From: an uncultured Gemmatimonadales bacterium
GTDB lineage: Bacteria; Gemmatimonadota; Gemmatimonadetes; Gemmatimonadales; GWC2-71-9
Length of the DNA: 64,000 bases
Assembly (NCBI GenBank): GCA_963844035.1
Contig: CAWJMT010000003.1
Location: 32,001-96,000 of the forward strand
Direction: 5' to 3'
This document shows, one piece after another, positions 36,498 through 45,817 of the stretch (positions are counted from its first letter, which is position 1; each line of letters begins with the position of its first letter). The notes under the pieces are model-generated. The model was not told the origin of the DNA. It searched no databases and worked only from the letters and a program-made list of their open reading frames with translations. Position numbers and translations under genes: made by a program.

Positions 36498-37892
36498 ATG
36501 ACCTTGTTTGGAATGGGTGATCCCCGCCCGATTCACTTCATGGGTATTGGAGGCGCGGGGATGAGTGGCTTGGCGCAGCTGGCCAAGCATCAGGGTGTAC
36601 CGATTACCGGATGTGACAACGACCCATCGGGCGCCGCCGATTTGGCAGCCTCGGGGGTGGAGATCTGGCGGGGCCACGATCCTGGGCACGTGGCGGGAGC
36701 TCGTGCCGTAGTGGTGACCGCTGCAGTCGCGGGGCAGCACCCAGAACTAGAACGAGCGCGCGCCCAAGGGATTCCCGTGGTGCGCCGGGCCGACGCCCTC
36801 GGCCAGGCCGTCGCTGGGGGGACCGTGGTGGCGGTGGCCGGGACACACGGCAAGACGACCACCACGGTGATGATTACGGAAGCATTGGCGGCCGCCAGGC
36901 GAAATCCCACGGGACTCGCCGGCGGCCGCGTCGCTCAATGGGGCGGAAACGCCCGGATCGGCGGGCACGATCTCTACGTCGTGGAAGCGGACGAATACGA
37001 CCGCGCGTTCCTGTCGCTCGCGCCGGCGGTAGCGGTGATCAACAACGTGGAGGCGGACCATCTCGAGTGTTACGGATCGCTGGAGGCGCTCGAGCAGGCG
37101 TTCGCCGAGTTCGCGGGGCGGGCGACGCGCGTGATCGTGGGCGCGGACGACGCGGGCGCCCTGCGGGTCGCGGCGGTCCTGAAGGCTCCGGTGTGGCGGG
37201 TCGGCCTCGCGGATGACGCGGAGATCCGGATCAGCGCGGTGGAGCTCGCGCCCCAGGAATCCCGCGCGCAGGTGCGGCTGCCGGACGGCGCGGAGGTGAC
37301 GCTGCGGCTGCGCGTGCCCGGGCTGCACAATGTGCGCAATGCGGCGGCGGCGCTCGCGGTGACTCACGCGCTACAGGCGGACCGCGCGGCGGCGCTCACC
37401 GCGCTGGAGCGGTTCGGCGGCGTGGGGCGGCGGTTCGAGCGGTTGGGAGAGGCGGGCGGCGTGATGATCGTGGACGACTACGCGCACCACCCGACCGAAG
37501 TGCGCGCGACGCTCGCGGCGGCACGGCAAGCGTTCCCACGGCGCCGGCTCGTGGCGGTGTTTCAGCCGCACCTGTTTTCCCGTACCGCGTCGCACGGGGA
37601 AGCGTTGGGCCAGGCGCTGGCGGCGGCCGACGTCGTCGTGGTCGCGCCGATCTACGCGTCACGCGAGCAGCCGATGCCCGGCGTGACAGCGGAGATCGTC
37701 GCGCGCGGTGCGATCCGCGCCGGCGCCGCGACGACCGCGGTGCGCGAGCGCGCGAACGTGACCGACCGGGTGGCGCGGCTGGTGCAGCCGGGCGATGTAG
37801 TGTTCACGCTGGGCGCGGGCGACATCACGCGAGTCGGGCCGGAGCTGATCGAAAGACTGGGCAAGCGGGAAGGGGGAAGAGGGAAGCGTTGA
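36498..37892 (+). CDS. murC: UDP-MurNAc--L-Ala ligase
   Basis: Intact ORF: HFMGIGGAGMSG, AGTHGKTTT, EADEYD, DDYAHHPTEV, FQPH, GAGDI. Confidence 0.97.
   Translation: MTLFGMGDPRPIHFMGIGGAGMSGLAQLAKHQGVPITGCDNDPSGAADLAASGVEIWRGHDPGHVAGARAVVVTAAVAGQHPELERARAQGIPVVRRADALGQAVAGGTVVAVAGTHGKTTTTVMITEALAAARRNPTGLAGGRVAQWGGNARIGGHDLYVVEADEYDRAFLSLAPAVAVINNVEADHLECYGSLEALEQAFAEFAGRATRVIVGADDAGALRVAAVLKAPVWRVGLADDAEIRISAVELAPQESRAQVRLPDGAEVTLRLRVPGLHNVRNAAAALAVTHALQADRAAALTALERFGGVGRRFERLGEAGGVMIVDDYAHHPTEVRATLAAARQAFPRRRLVAVFQPHLFSRTASHGEALGQALAAADVVVVAPIYASREQPMPGVTAEIVARGAIRAGAATTAVRERANVTDRVARLVQPGDVVFTLGAGDITRVGPELIERLGKREGGRGKR
37859..37887 (+). repeat. GGGAAGN heptamer array in the murC tail
   Basis: ACTGGGCAAGC GGGAAGG GGGAAGA GGGAAGC encodes GKREGGRGKR. 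Confidence 0.75.
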
Positions 37893-38632
37893 AGAAGAAG
37901 CGCCAGAGCCGACGCGCGCGACGGAGCGCGGGAGTGGTCGCGGCCGCGGTATTGACCGCGGGGTTGCTGTATGTCGGTGTGCCGCGCGTGCTCGAGCGCA
38001 TCCCGTTCTTCCGCGTGCGGCAGATCGATCTCGTCGGCGTGAAGTACCTGGCGCCCGACGCGCTGATCGCGGCGTTGCGGCTGCCGGCCGGCGCGAGCGT
38101 GTTTGGTGATACGCAGCTGCTGGCCGACCGGCTGAAAGGCGTTACCGGCGTGGCCGACGCCGCCGTGGTCCGGCGGCTGCCCGCGACGCTCGAGGTGAGG
38201 GTGAACGAAGTGGAGCCGGCCGCGTTCGTCCCCGCGACGCGCGGCGGCCGGCTGGTCGCGGTCGATGCCGCGGCGCGCCCGCTGCCCTTTGATCCCGAGC
38301 GTACCGGCCTGGATCTCCCGGTGGTCGCCAGTGCGGATGCCGGCGTGGTGGGGGTGCTCGCGGTGGTGCAGGCGGTGGACCCGGCGCTGTTTCAGCGCAT
38401 CACCGGTGCCCGCGGCTCGAAGCGCGGCGACGTCCTGCTCGAGCTCGACGCCCATCGCGTGCTGCTGCGGCCCGATGCGGGGCCGGACGTGATCCGCGCG
38501 GTGGCGCTCGTGGGACAGGATCTGACCTCCGTGGGACGCCCCTATGCGGAGCTCGACGCGCGTTTCGCCGGACAGGTCGTGGTGCGGCAGCGTGCGGTGC
38601 GGACCGCGGTGCGGACCAAGGGAGGGGTGTGA
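37889..38632 (+). CDS. ftsQ: Cell division protein FtsQ/DivIB
   Basis: TM + POTRA (FFRVRQIDLVG..VVRRLP) and C-terminal LDARF..QVVV; directly upstream of ftsA. Confidence 0.88.
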   Translation: MKKKRQSRRARRSAGVVAAAVLTAGLLYVGVPRVLERIPFFRVRQIDLVGVKYLAPDALIAALRLPAGASVFGDTQLLADRLKGVTGVADAAVVRRLPATLEVRVNEVEPAAFVPATRGGRLVAVDAAARPLPFDPERTGLDLPVVASADAGVVGVLAVVQAVDPALFQRITGARGSKRGDVLLELDAHRVLLRPDAGPDVIRAVALVGQDLTSVGRPYAELDARFAGQVVVRQRAVRTAVRTKGGV

Positions 38633-39885
38633 CGCGGGAGCGGCGGATCGTCGCGGGGCTGGACTTCGGAAGCACCAAGACGTGCGCCGTGATCGCCGAA
38701 GTGGTGGGCGATTGGCCGCGCGCGCCGATCGCCAAGATACTCGGCGTGGGGCTCGCGAAGAACGGCGGTGTGCGGCGCGGCATGGTGCGCGACATCGACG
38801 AAACGACGCGCTCGGTGGTGGCGGCGATGCGCGACGCCGAACGCATGGCGGGCGTCAAAGTCTCCGGGCTGACGTGCGGCGTGGCGGGTGAGCATGTGGC
38901 TGCCCAGCCTTCGACCGGTGTCGTGGCCGTCGGAAGCGACGAGATCACCGCGACGGACGTCGCGCGGGTGAACGAAGTGGCCCGCGCGGTTTCCTTGGCG
39001 AAGGACAGCGAGCTGCTGCACGACATCCCGCAGGAGTACCAGGTCGATCAGCAGCGGGGGATCTCCGATCCGATCGGCATGATGGGCACCCGGCTCGAGG
39101 TGGAGATGTACCTCGTGACGGTGCAGGCGACGGCCGCGCAGAACGTGCGCAAGAGCGTGCAGCGGGCGGGGTACCGCGTGGCGGACCTGGTGCTCGAGCC
39201 GCTCGCGGCTTCATACGCGGTGCTGACGGACGACGAGACGGAGCTGGGCGTCGGGCTGGTGGACGTGGGCGGCGGATCCACGGGGGTCGCGGTCTTTCAT
39301 GACGGAAAGATCCGGCACATCGCGACGATCCAGTATGCCGGGACGCAGGTCACCACCGACCTGGTGCAGGTGCTGGGCGTGACGCAGACCGACGGCGAGC
39401 GTCTCAAGGAGCGGCAGGGCGTGGCGTATGCGCCGCTCGTGGATTCGTCGGAGATGATCGACCTGCCGTCCACGCCCGGGCAGGGTCCGCGCCAGGTGGC
39501 GCGCGAGATGTTGTCGACCATTATCCACGACCGGCTCCACGAGATCTTCGACCTCGTGGGGCGCGAGTTCGAGCGGGCGGGGTTCGGCGGCCAGCGGCTG
39601 CCGGCCGGTGTGGTGTTGACCGGCGGCACGACCCACATGCCGGGCATGGTCGAGCTGGCCCGCGAGTCGTTCGCACTGCCGGTGCGGGCCGGAGTTCCCG
39701 AGCAAGGCATCTCGGGGTTGGTGGACAGCGTGCAGGCGCCCCGCTATGCGGTGGCGACGGGTTTGGTGCTGTATGCGGCGCATCAGCTGGCGCAGGGCGG
39801 CCCGGTGAGCGGGCCGGTGACAGGAAGCGGCGGCGTAGATAAAGTGTTCGGACCGCTCAAACGGTGGCTCCAGGACTTCTTCTGA
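38629..39885 (+). CDS. ftsA: Cell division protein FtsA
   Basis: GLDFGSTK, DVGGGST, GVVLTGG, C-terminal amphipathic helix LKRWLQDFF. Confidence 0.97.
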   Translation: MTRERRIVAGLDFGSTKTCAVIAEVVGDWPRAPIAKILGVGLAKNGGVRRGMVRDIDETTRSVVAAMRDAERMAGVKVSGLTCGVAGEHVAAQPSTGVVAVGSDEITATDVARVNEVARAVSLAKDSELLHDIPQEYQVDQQRGISDPIGMMGTRLEVEMYLVTVQATAAQNVRKSVQRAGYRVADLVLEPLAASYAVLTDDETELGVGLVDVGGGSTGVAVFHDGKIRHIATIQYAGTQVTTDLVQVLGVTQTDGERLKERQGVAYAPLVDSSEMIDLPSTPGQGPRQVAREMLSTIIHDRLHEIFDLVGREFERAGFGGQRLPAGVVLTGGTTHMPGMVELARESFALPVRAGVPEQGISGLVDSVQAPRYAVATGLVLYAAHQLAQGGPVSGPVTGSGGVDKVFGPLKRWLQDFF

Positions 39886-39901
39886 TCGACCCGAGGGAAC
39901 C

Positions 39902-41068
39902 ATGATCTTCGAACTCGAAGAAAGCGTCTCGCAGAACGCGCGCATGAAGGTCGTCGGCATCGGCGGAGGCGGGGGCAACGCGCTCAACCGCATGGTCGAT
40001 GAGGGGCTCCCTGGCGTCGAGTTCATTTCCGTCAACACCGACGCGCAGGCGTTGCTCACCAACAAGTCGGACGTGAAGGTGCAGATCGGCAAGAAGCTCA
40101 CGCGCGGCCTGGGCGCCGGCGCCCGGCCCGAGATCGGCCGCCAGGCGATCGAGGAGAACCGCGACGAGGTGCTGCACGCGCTGCACGGCGCCGATCTGGT
40201 GTTCGTCACTTGCGGGATGGGCGGCGGTACCGGCACGGGCGCGTCGCCGATCATTGCGCAGCTGGCCCGCGATATCGGCGCGCTCACCATCGGCATCGTT
40301 ACCAAGCCGTTCCTGTTCGAGGGACGCAAGCGGATGCGCCAGGCCGAAATGGGCATCGCCGAGATGAAGAAGCACGTGGACACGATGGTGGTGGTGCCGA
40401 ACGAGCGGCTGCTGGCCGTGGTCGGGAAGGGGATCCCGTTCCAGGATGCCCTGAAGAAGGCCGACGACGTGCTGCTGCACGCCACCCAGGGGATCGCCAC
40501 ACTCATCTCCGTCACCGGAATCGTGAACGTCGACTTCGCGGACGTCCGCACGGTAATGCAGAGCGGCGGGTCGGCGATCATGGGGACGGGGACCGGGCGC
40601 GGCGAGAACCGGGCCATGGAAGCGGTGCAGCAGGCGATTTCGAGCCCGCTGCTCGACAACGTCTCCATCACGGGCGCCACGGGAGTGCTGATCAACATCA
40701 CCGGCGGCGAAGATCTCACCCTGGGCGAGGTGACGCAGATCTCCGACGTCGTCAAGGACGCCGCGGGCGAAGAGGCGGAAATCATCTTCGGGACCGTGAG
40801 CGATCCCGCCATGCACGGCGAGATCCGCGTCACCGTGATCGCCACGGGCTTCGACAAGCTGCCCGCGACCACGGATGCGAGCGGCCGGGCGGCGCCCGGC
40901 GTGCTGCCGTTCCGCGAGCGCGCGGCGCGGCCGACGCCCGGCCCCGTGCCCGGGTACGTGAAGCCGGCCGAGACAGGCGGAGTCACCAAGCGTCCGGTGG
41001 CGCAGCCGCCGGTCGCCGACGTCAACGAGCTCGAGATTCCCACCTTCATCCGGCGCCAGATGGACTGA
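39902..41068 (+). CDS. ftsZ: Cell division protein FtsZ
   Basis: GGGGGNA, GMGGGTGTG, NVDFADV, C-terminal peptide LEIPTFIRRQMD. Confidence 0.99.
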   Translation: MIFELEESVSQNARMKVVGIGGGGGNALNRMVDEGLPGVEFISVNTDAQALLTNKSDVKVQIGKKLTRGLGAGARPEIGRQAIEENRDEVLHALHGADLVFVTCGMGGGTGTGASPIIAQLARDIGALTIGIVTKPFLFEGRKRMRQAEMGIAEMKKHVDTMVVVPNERLLAVVGKGIPFQDALKKADDVLLHATQGIATLISVTGIVNVDFADVRTVMQSGGSAIMGTGTGRGENRAMEAVQQAISSPLLDNVSITGATGVLINITGGEDLTLGEVTQISDVVKDAAGEEAEIIFGTVSDPAMHGEIRVTVIATGFDKLPATTDASGRAAPGVLPFRERAARPTPGPVPGYVKPAETGGVTKRPVAQPPVADVNELEIPTFIRRQMD

Positions 41069-42345
41069 TGGCCTGGCGACCCAGCCACTACGTGGCGACC
41101 GCAGCGCTGGCCGCCGCCGGATTGGTCTGGGCCGCGCGGGACGCGTGGCCCGGGCGGCGTCCCCTCGTGGCGCCGCCGATTCGCGTGGCCAACGCCTACG
41201 TCGAGTACGAGCGGGCGTTGGGGCGCTCTGAGACGTTCTCCGATCTCCTGGCGCATGGCGGCATCGTGGGGCACGATCGCAACGCGCTGCTCGCCGCGGC
41301 CACCGACCTTCCGGTGCGCCGGCTGCGCCCGGGCCTCGTTTTCCATTTCCGGCGGTTGCACACCGACAGCGTGGCGGACCGGGTGACCGTACGCGTTTCC
41401 CCGGAGCGGCGGGTGCGTCTCTCCCGTGACGACCCCGGCTGGCGCCAGGTAACCGAAGCGATCCCGTGGTCGCTCACGCGCATGCGGGTGACGGGAACGA
41501 TCGGGACGTCGCTGTACGATGCGTTGGACAAGGCCGTGCCCGACGCCGTGCTGCCGCTGGGCGAGCGGCGCAGCCTCGCGTGGGCGATCGCCGAGGTATA
41601 CGACTGGCAGGTGGACTTCACGCGCGACGTCCACCCGGGCGACCGGTTCCGCGTGTTGTTCGAGCGGCTCGAGTCACCCGAGGGCGAATACCGCTTCGGC
41701 CGCGTGCTCGCCGCCGAGGTGCACGTGGCTCGGGTGCCGGCGTACGCGTTCTCCTTCGCCGCCGACGCGTCGGAGCCCGCGAGCTTCTACGACGAGCGCG
41801 GCCGCTCGCTCAAACGCGCGTTCCTCCGGGCGCCGCTCCAGTTTCGCCGTGTCTCGAGCGGTTTCGGAGCGCGCTACCACCCGCTGCTGCACGTGTGGCG
41901 CACGCATGAAGGCATCGACTTCGCCGCCCCGTATGGCGCGCCGGTGCGTGCCACGGCGGACGGCAGTGTGGCGACGCTGGGGCGCGGCGACCCCGGGTAC
42001 GGCAACCTGATCGAGCTGCGCCACGCGAACGGCATCCGCACGCGCTACGGCCACCTGTCGGGGTTCGCGCGCGGCCTGCGAGTGGGCGACCGGGTGCAGC
42101 AGGGCGAGACGATCGGCTACGTCGGCTCGACCGGGTTATCCACCGGGCCTCATCTCCATTACGAGTTTCTCGTGAACGGCCGGCCGGCCAATCCGCGGCG
42201 CAAGGACATGGGTGCGGGTACGCCCGTCCCCAAGAGTCTCAGCGCCGCCTACGACTCTGTGCGGTTCCACCTGCTCGCCGATCTCGAGACACAGTCTACG
42301 GTCACGCCCACCGCGTCTCCGACCGTCGCCGCGCGCGACGACTAA
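41068..42345 (+). CDS. M23 family peptidoglycan endopeptidase (MepM/Csd3-like)
   Basis: FLRAPL..SSGF..RYHP..HEGIDFAAP..GYGN..YGHL..STGPHLHYE; TGATG overlap with ftsZ. Confidence 0.92.
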   Translation: MAWRPSHYVATAALAAAGLVWAARDAWPGRRPLVAPPIRVANAYVEYERALGRSETFSDLLAHGGIVGHDRNALLAAATDLPVRRLRPGLVFHFRRLHTDSVADRVTVRVSPERRVRLSRDDPGWRQVTEAIPWSLTRMRVTGTIGTSLYDALDKAVPDAVLPLGERRSLAWAIAEVYDWQVDFTRDVHPGDRFRVLFERLESPEGEYRFGRVLAAEVHVARVPAYAFSFAADASEPASFYDERGRSLKRAFLRAPLQFRRVSSGFGARYHPLLHVWRTHEGIDFAAPYGAPVRATADGSVATLGRGDPGYGNLIELRHANGIRTRYGHLSGFARGLRVGDRVQQGETIGYVGSTGLSTGPHLHYEFLVNGRPANPRRKDMGAGTPVPKSLSAAYDSVRFHLLADLETQSTVTPTASPTVAARDD

Positions 42346-42416
42346 TGCCGTTCCAACCTCGTCCGTCTCGGCCTACGGTTGCCCACCTCGTAGGGTTGGA
42401 ACGGCACTAGCTTTTT
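42346..42416 (+). terminator. Long-stem hairpin with T-tract ending the dcw/M23 unit
   Basis: 13-bp perfect stem TGCCGTTCCAACC/GGTTGGAACGGCA, inner CCTACG/CGTAGG pairing, then CTTTTT. Confidence 0.55.
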
Positions 42417-42423
42417 CACCGGT

Positions 42424-43137
42424 ATGGATCTGTATCCCGCCGTCGACGTGCAGGGCGGGCGCGTCGTGCGCTTGCGCCAGGGCGTCGCGGACCAGTCGAC
42501 CGCCTACGCCGACGACCCCGTCGCCGTGGCACAGCAGTTCGGGCGCGACGGGGCTCGCTGGGTTCACTTTGTGGACCTGGACCGCGCCTTCGGGCGCGGC
42601 GACAACCGCGCGGTCGCGCGCGCCTTCCTGGCCGGCATCACCGTGCCGGTGCAGGTCGGGGGCGGCCTCCGCAGCGCCGAGGCCATCGAAGAGATGCTCG
42701 ACTGGGGCGCCACCCGCGTCGTGATCGGCACCAAAGCGGCGACCGATCCCGCGCTGGTAGGGGAACTGCTCGCGCGCCACGGGCCCGACCGCCTCGCCGT
42801 CGGCATCGACGCCAAGGAGGGCCAAGTCGCCGTGCGCGGCTGGACCGAAGTGTTTGATCTCACCGCCCTGCAGCTCGCCGAGCGGGTGTTCGCCCAGGGG
42901 GCGCGCACGGTCATCTACACTGATGTGGCGCGCGACGGGATGCTCACGGGCCCGGATGTCGCGGGGGCGCGGGCCCTCGCGGACCTGGGGTTGAGCGTTA
43001 TCGCGTCGGGCGGGGTCTCGTCGCTCGACGATCTCCGCGCGGTGCGCGCGGCCGGGCTCGCGGGTGCGATCATCGGCCGGGCGCTGTACGAAGGCCGGTT
43101 CACGCTCCCCGAAGCACTGGCATGCGTCGCCACCTGA
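42424..43137 (+). CDS. hisA: ProFAR isomerase
   Basis: YPAVDVQGGRVVRL.QG, HFVDLD.A, QVGGGLR, YTDVARDGMLTG, IASGG, GRALYEG. Confidence 0.95.
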   Translation: MDLYPAVDVQGGRVVRLRQGVADQSTAYADDPVAVAQQFGRDGARWVHFVDLDRAFGRGDNRAVARAFLAGITVPVQVGGGLRSAEAIEEMLDWGATRVVIGTKAATDPALVGELLARHGPDRLAVGIDAKEGQVAVRGWTEVFDLTALQLAERVFAQGARTVIYTDVARDGMLTGPDVAGARALADLGLSVIASGGVSSLDDLRAVRAAGLAGAIIGRALYEGRFTLPEALACVAT

Positions 43138-44910
43138 CGTGGGGACTCGCATTACTGCGAATCACGGGGTGCGCTGCGCTGCTGGTCCTGCTGTGGAATC
43201 CGATTGCCTCCCGCCTGCTCCCCGGCACCGACCCGCCGCTCGTGCTGCTCGACGCTTCGCTCAGCATGGCCGGGCATGGGGGCCGGTGGCGTGAGGCGCT
43301 GGACAGCGCTCGCTCCCTCGCGGGCGGAGGGCGGGGTGGAGTGATCTGGCGGTTCGGCGACCAGGTCGCCGCCTTCGATTCGGGCGCCCCCTCAGATGGA
43401 TCCAGCCGGCTCGGTCCGGCAATCGCGGCGGCCGCCGCCCGCGGCGGACCGATCGCGGTGGTCACGGACGGTGATGTCAGTGACATCGAGACCATCGCTC
43501 CGGACTTGCTGCGCTCGCTACGTATCGTCACCCTCGAACGTCCGGCGTTTTACGATGCCTTCATTGCGACGGTGGAGGGAACGCACCGGATCGCCGCAAC
43601 GGATACGCTGCTCCTGAAGGTCTCGTACGGAGCTACTGGGAAGAGGGAAGAGGGAAGAGGGAAGGGTAAGGCGTTGCTCGTGGTGACATCGGAGGGGCGG
43701 CGACTAGCCTTCCGCGAGGTGTCTCTCCCCGACAGCGGTATCGTTGCCACCGAGATCACGCTTCCCGCTTCCCGCTTCCCTCTTCCCGGTTGGCACGTTC
43801 TCGATGTTCGCTTGCAAGCCGCTCCCGACCCCGAACCGCGAGATGACGGGCGCCTATTCCTGGTGGAAGTGAACCCGACGCCGTCGGTGGTCGTGCTCGC
43901 GAGCCCGCCCGACTGGGACCTGCGCTTCTTCGCGCGCACCCTGGCAGACGTGGCGCGGGTGCCGGTGACGGTGTTCGTCGAGACCGAGCCAGGGAATCCG
44001 GCGCGCGGCCACTGGCGGGACGCGGCCTCGTTGACCGCGGCACCAGCGGGCGCCGTCGAGCGCGCGGTAGCGGGGGCGCGGCTCATCGTCGAGGGCGGTG
44101 ATCCCGCGGGATTCGGGCGGGTGGCCGCGGCGGCCGATCGGGCGCGCCTGCGCTGGCCGACCGTGGGCGGGCTCGCCGGGGAGTGGTACGTGGACCCGCC
44201 GCCGCCTTCGCCCTTCGCCGCCGGGCTCGGCGGATTGGCGTGGGATTCCCTGCCGCCGGCGGTGGGAGTGATCCCGACGGTCGCCGGACAGCACCACGCT
44301 CGTCGCGTTGACGGCGCGGCTCGCGCGGCGCGGGGCCGCGCGCCCGGTGGTGCTCTTGTCGGAGCGCGGGGGCTCGCGTCACGCGCAGGTCGCGGCGGTG
44401 GGGCTGTACCGCTGGGCGTTTCGCGGCGGCGCGAGCGCGGAAGCCTATCGGGCGCTGGTGGCAGAGATCGCGAATTGGCTCTTGGGGGAAGAGGGAAGAG
44501 GGAAGAGGGAAGGGGTGACGCCGGTGGCGCGTGTGGTTGCGAACGGGCTGCCCGTGGTGTGGCGCTGGACCGGTGCGGGTCCGCCGCACGACTTGACGCT
44601 GACCCTACGCTCGAGCGGCGGCGAACGGCGCGACACGCTGCGGTTCGACGCCGCGGGCGAGGCGGCGCTCGTCGTGCCGCCCGCCGTCTATCACTACACA
44701 ATTGACGGAGGACCGGAACGCGGCATGATCGCGGTCGAGACCTACTCCGATGAGTGGCGCCCTGCCGCAGCCGCGCTCGCGCCGCAGGCCGGAGTGCCGG
44801 CGGGACGCTTCGCGACGGTGAGCATGCGGGACCATTGGTGGCTGTTCGCGCTCGCGATCGCCGCATTCGTGGCGGAGTGGGTGTGGCGCCGCCGGCTGGG
44901 GTTGCCCTGA
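43122..44910 (+). CDS. vWA-like (MIDAS) membrane protein
   Basis: N-terminal TM, LLDASLSM (DxSxS) and VVTDG; C-terminal TM ending AEWVWRRRLGLP; one frameshift near 44290. Confidence 0.7.
43638..43670 (+). repeat. (GGGAAGA)3-GGGAAGGGTAAG array inside the vWA gene
   Basis: Encodes GKREEGRGKGK. Confidence 0.85.
43760..43787 (-). repeat. Inverted GGGAAGN x4 array inside the vWA gene
   Basis: (G/T)CTTCCC x4 encodes LPASRFPLP. Confidence 0.85.
44486..44513 (+). repeat. GGGAAGA x4 array inside the vWA gene
   Basis: Encodes GEEGRGKREG. Confidence 0.85.
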
Positions 44911-45777
44911 TGTCGCTGTGGAAAAAGCTCGCGCGCGTATTCGGAGGAGGGCGGAGCGCCGCCGCACGCGGCGAGGCGGAGCAGCTCCTGATCGAAGCCG
45001 ATTTCGGGGTTGCCGCGACCGCCGAGCTGCTCGACCAGGTCGCGGGGACGAGCGAAGCTGAGCTGGCCGGGGCGCTCGAGCGGTGCGGTGGCCGCGATGC
45101 TGGCCCCGGCTCCTGGCGCGCCCGGTGCCCTCGCGCGCGCCGACACCCCGCCGACGGTGATCCTGGTGTGCGGCGTGAACGGGACCGGGAAGACCACCAC
45201 GGTCGCGAAGCTCGCGCGGCGGTTGCAGCGCGAGGGACGCAGCCCGCTGCTCGCCGCCGCCGATACGTTTCGGGCCGGCGCGGTGGATCAGCTGAGGATC
45301 TGGGCGGACCGGCTGGCGGTGCCGTGCGTGGGCGCGCCGGTCGCCGGCAAGGGCGATCCCGCCGCGGTGGCGTTCGACGCGATCGCCGCGGCCCGCGCGC
45401 GCGGGCTCGACACGGTGCTCGTGGACACGGCCGGACGGCTGCACACCGACGACCGGCTGCTCGAAGAGCTGAAGAAGATCGCGCGCGTGGCGGCCAAGGC
45501 CCATCCGGGGAGCGGCGCGCCGCACGAGGCGCTGCTCGTGCTCGACGGCACCACCGGGCAGAACGCGGTGCAGCAGGGCAAGATGTTCGCGGCCGCGATT
45601 CCGCTCACCGGGCTCATCGTCACCAAGCTCGACGGGACCGCGAAGGGCGGCAGCGTGGTGGCACTGCGCCGCGAGCTGGCGCTGCCGATACGGTTCGTCG
45701 GGACGGGAGAGGGGATCGACGACCTCGAACCGTTTGATGCGGGAGAGTATGCACAGCAGGCTCGTGACCGGAGCTAA
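44910..45777 (+). CDS. ftsY: SRP receptor FtsY (short, NG domain only)
   Basis: LIEADFGV, GVNGTGKTTT, DTFRAGA, DTAGR, TKLDGTAKGG, GTGE.IDDL.PF. Confidence 0.96.
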
Positions 45778-45811
45778 GGGGACGAGGGACGGGGGAAGGG
45801 GGACGGGTACG
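45778..45811 (+). repeat. GGGGACG-type heptamer x4 in the ftsY-recG spacer
   Basis: GGGGACG AGGGACG GGGGAAG GGGGACG GGTACG. Confidence 0.8.
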
Positions 45812-45817
45812 TGCCTA

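Noticed and set aside
39211..41634. Long antisense ORFs (e.g. 807 aa opposite ftsA/ftsZ, and many others)
   Set aside because: Shadow ORFs caused by high-GC codon bias; they are Arg/Pro/Ala-rich and carry no motifs.
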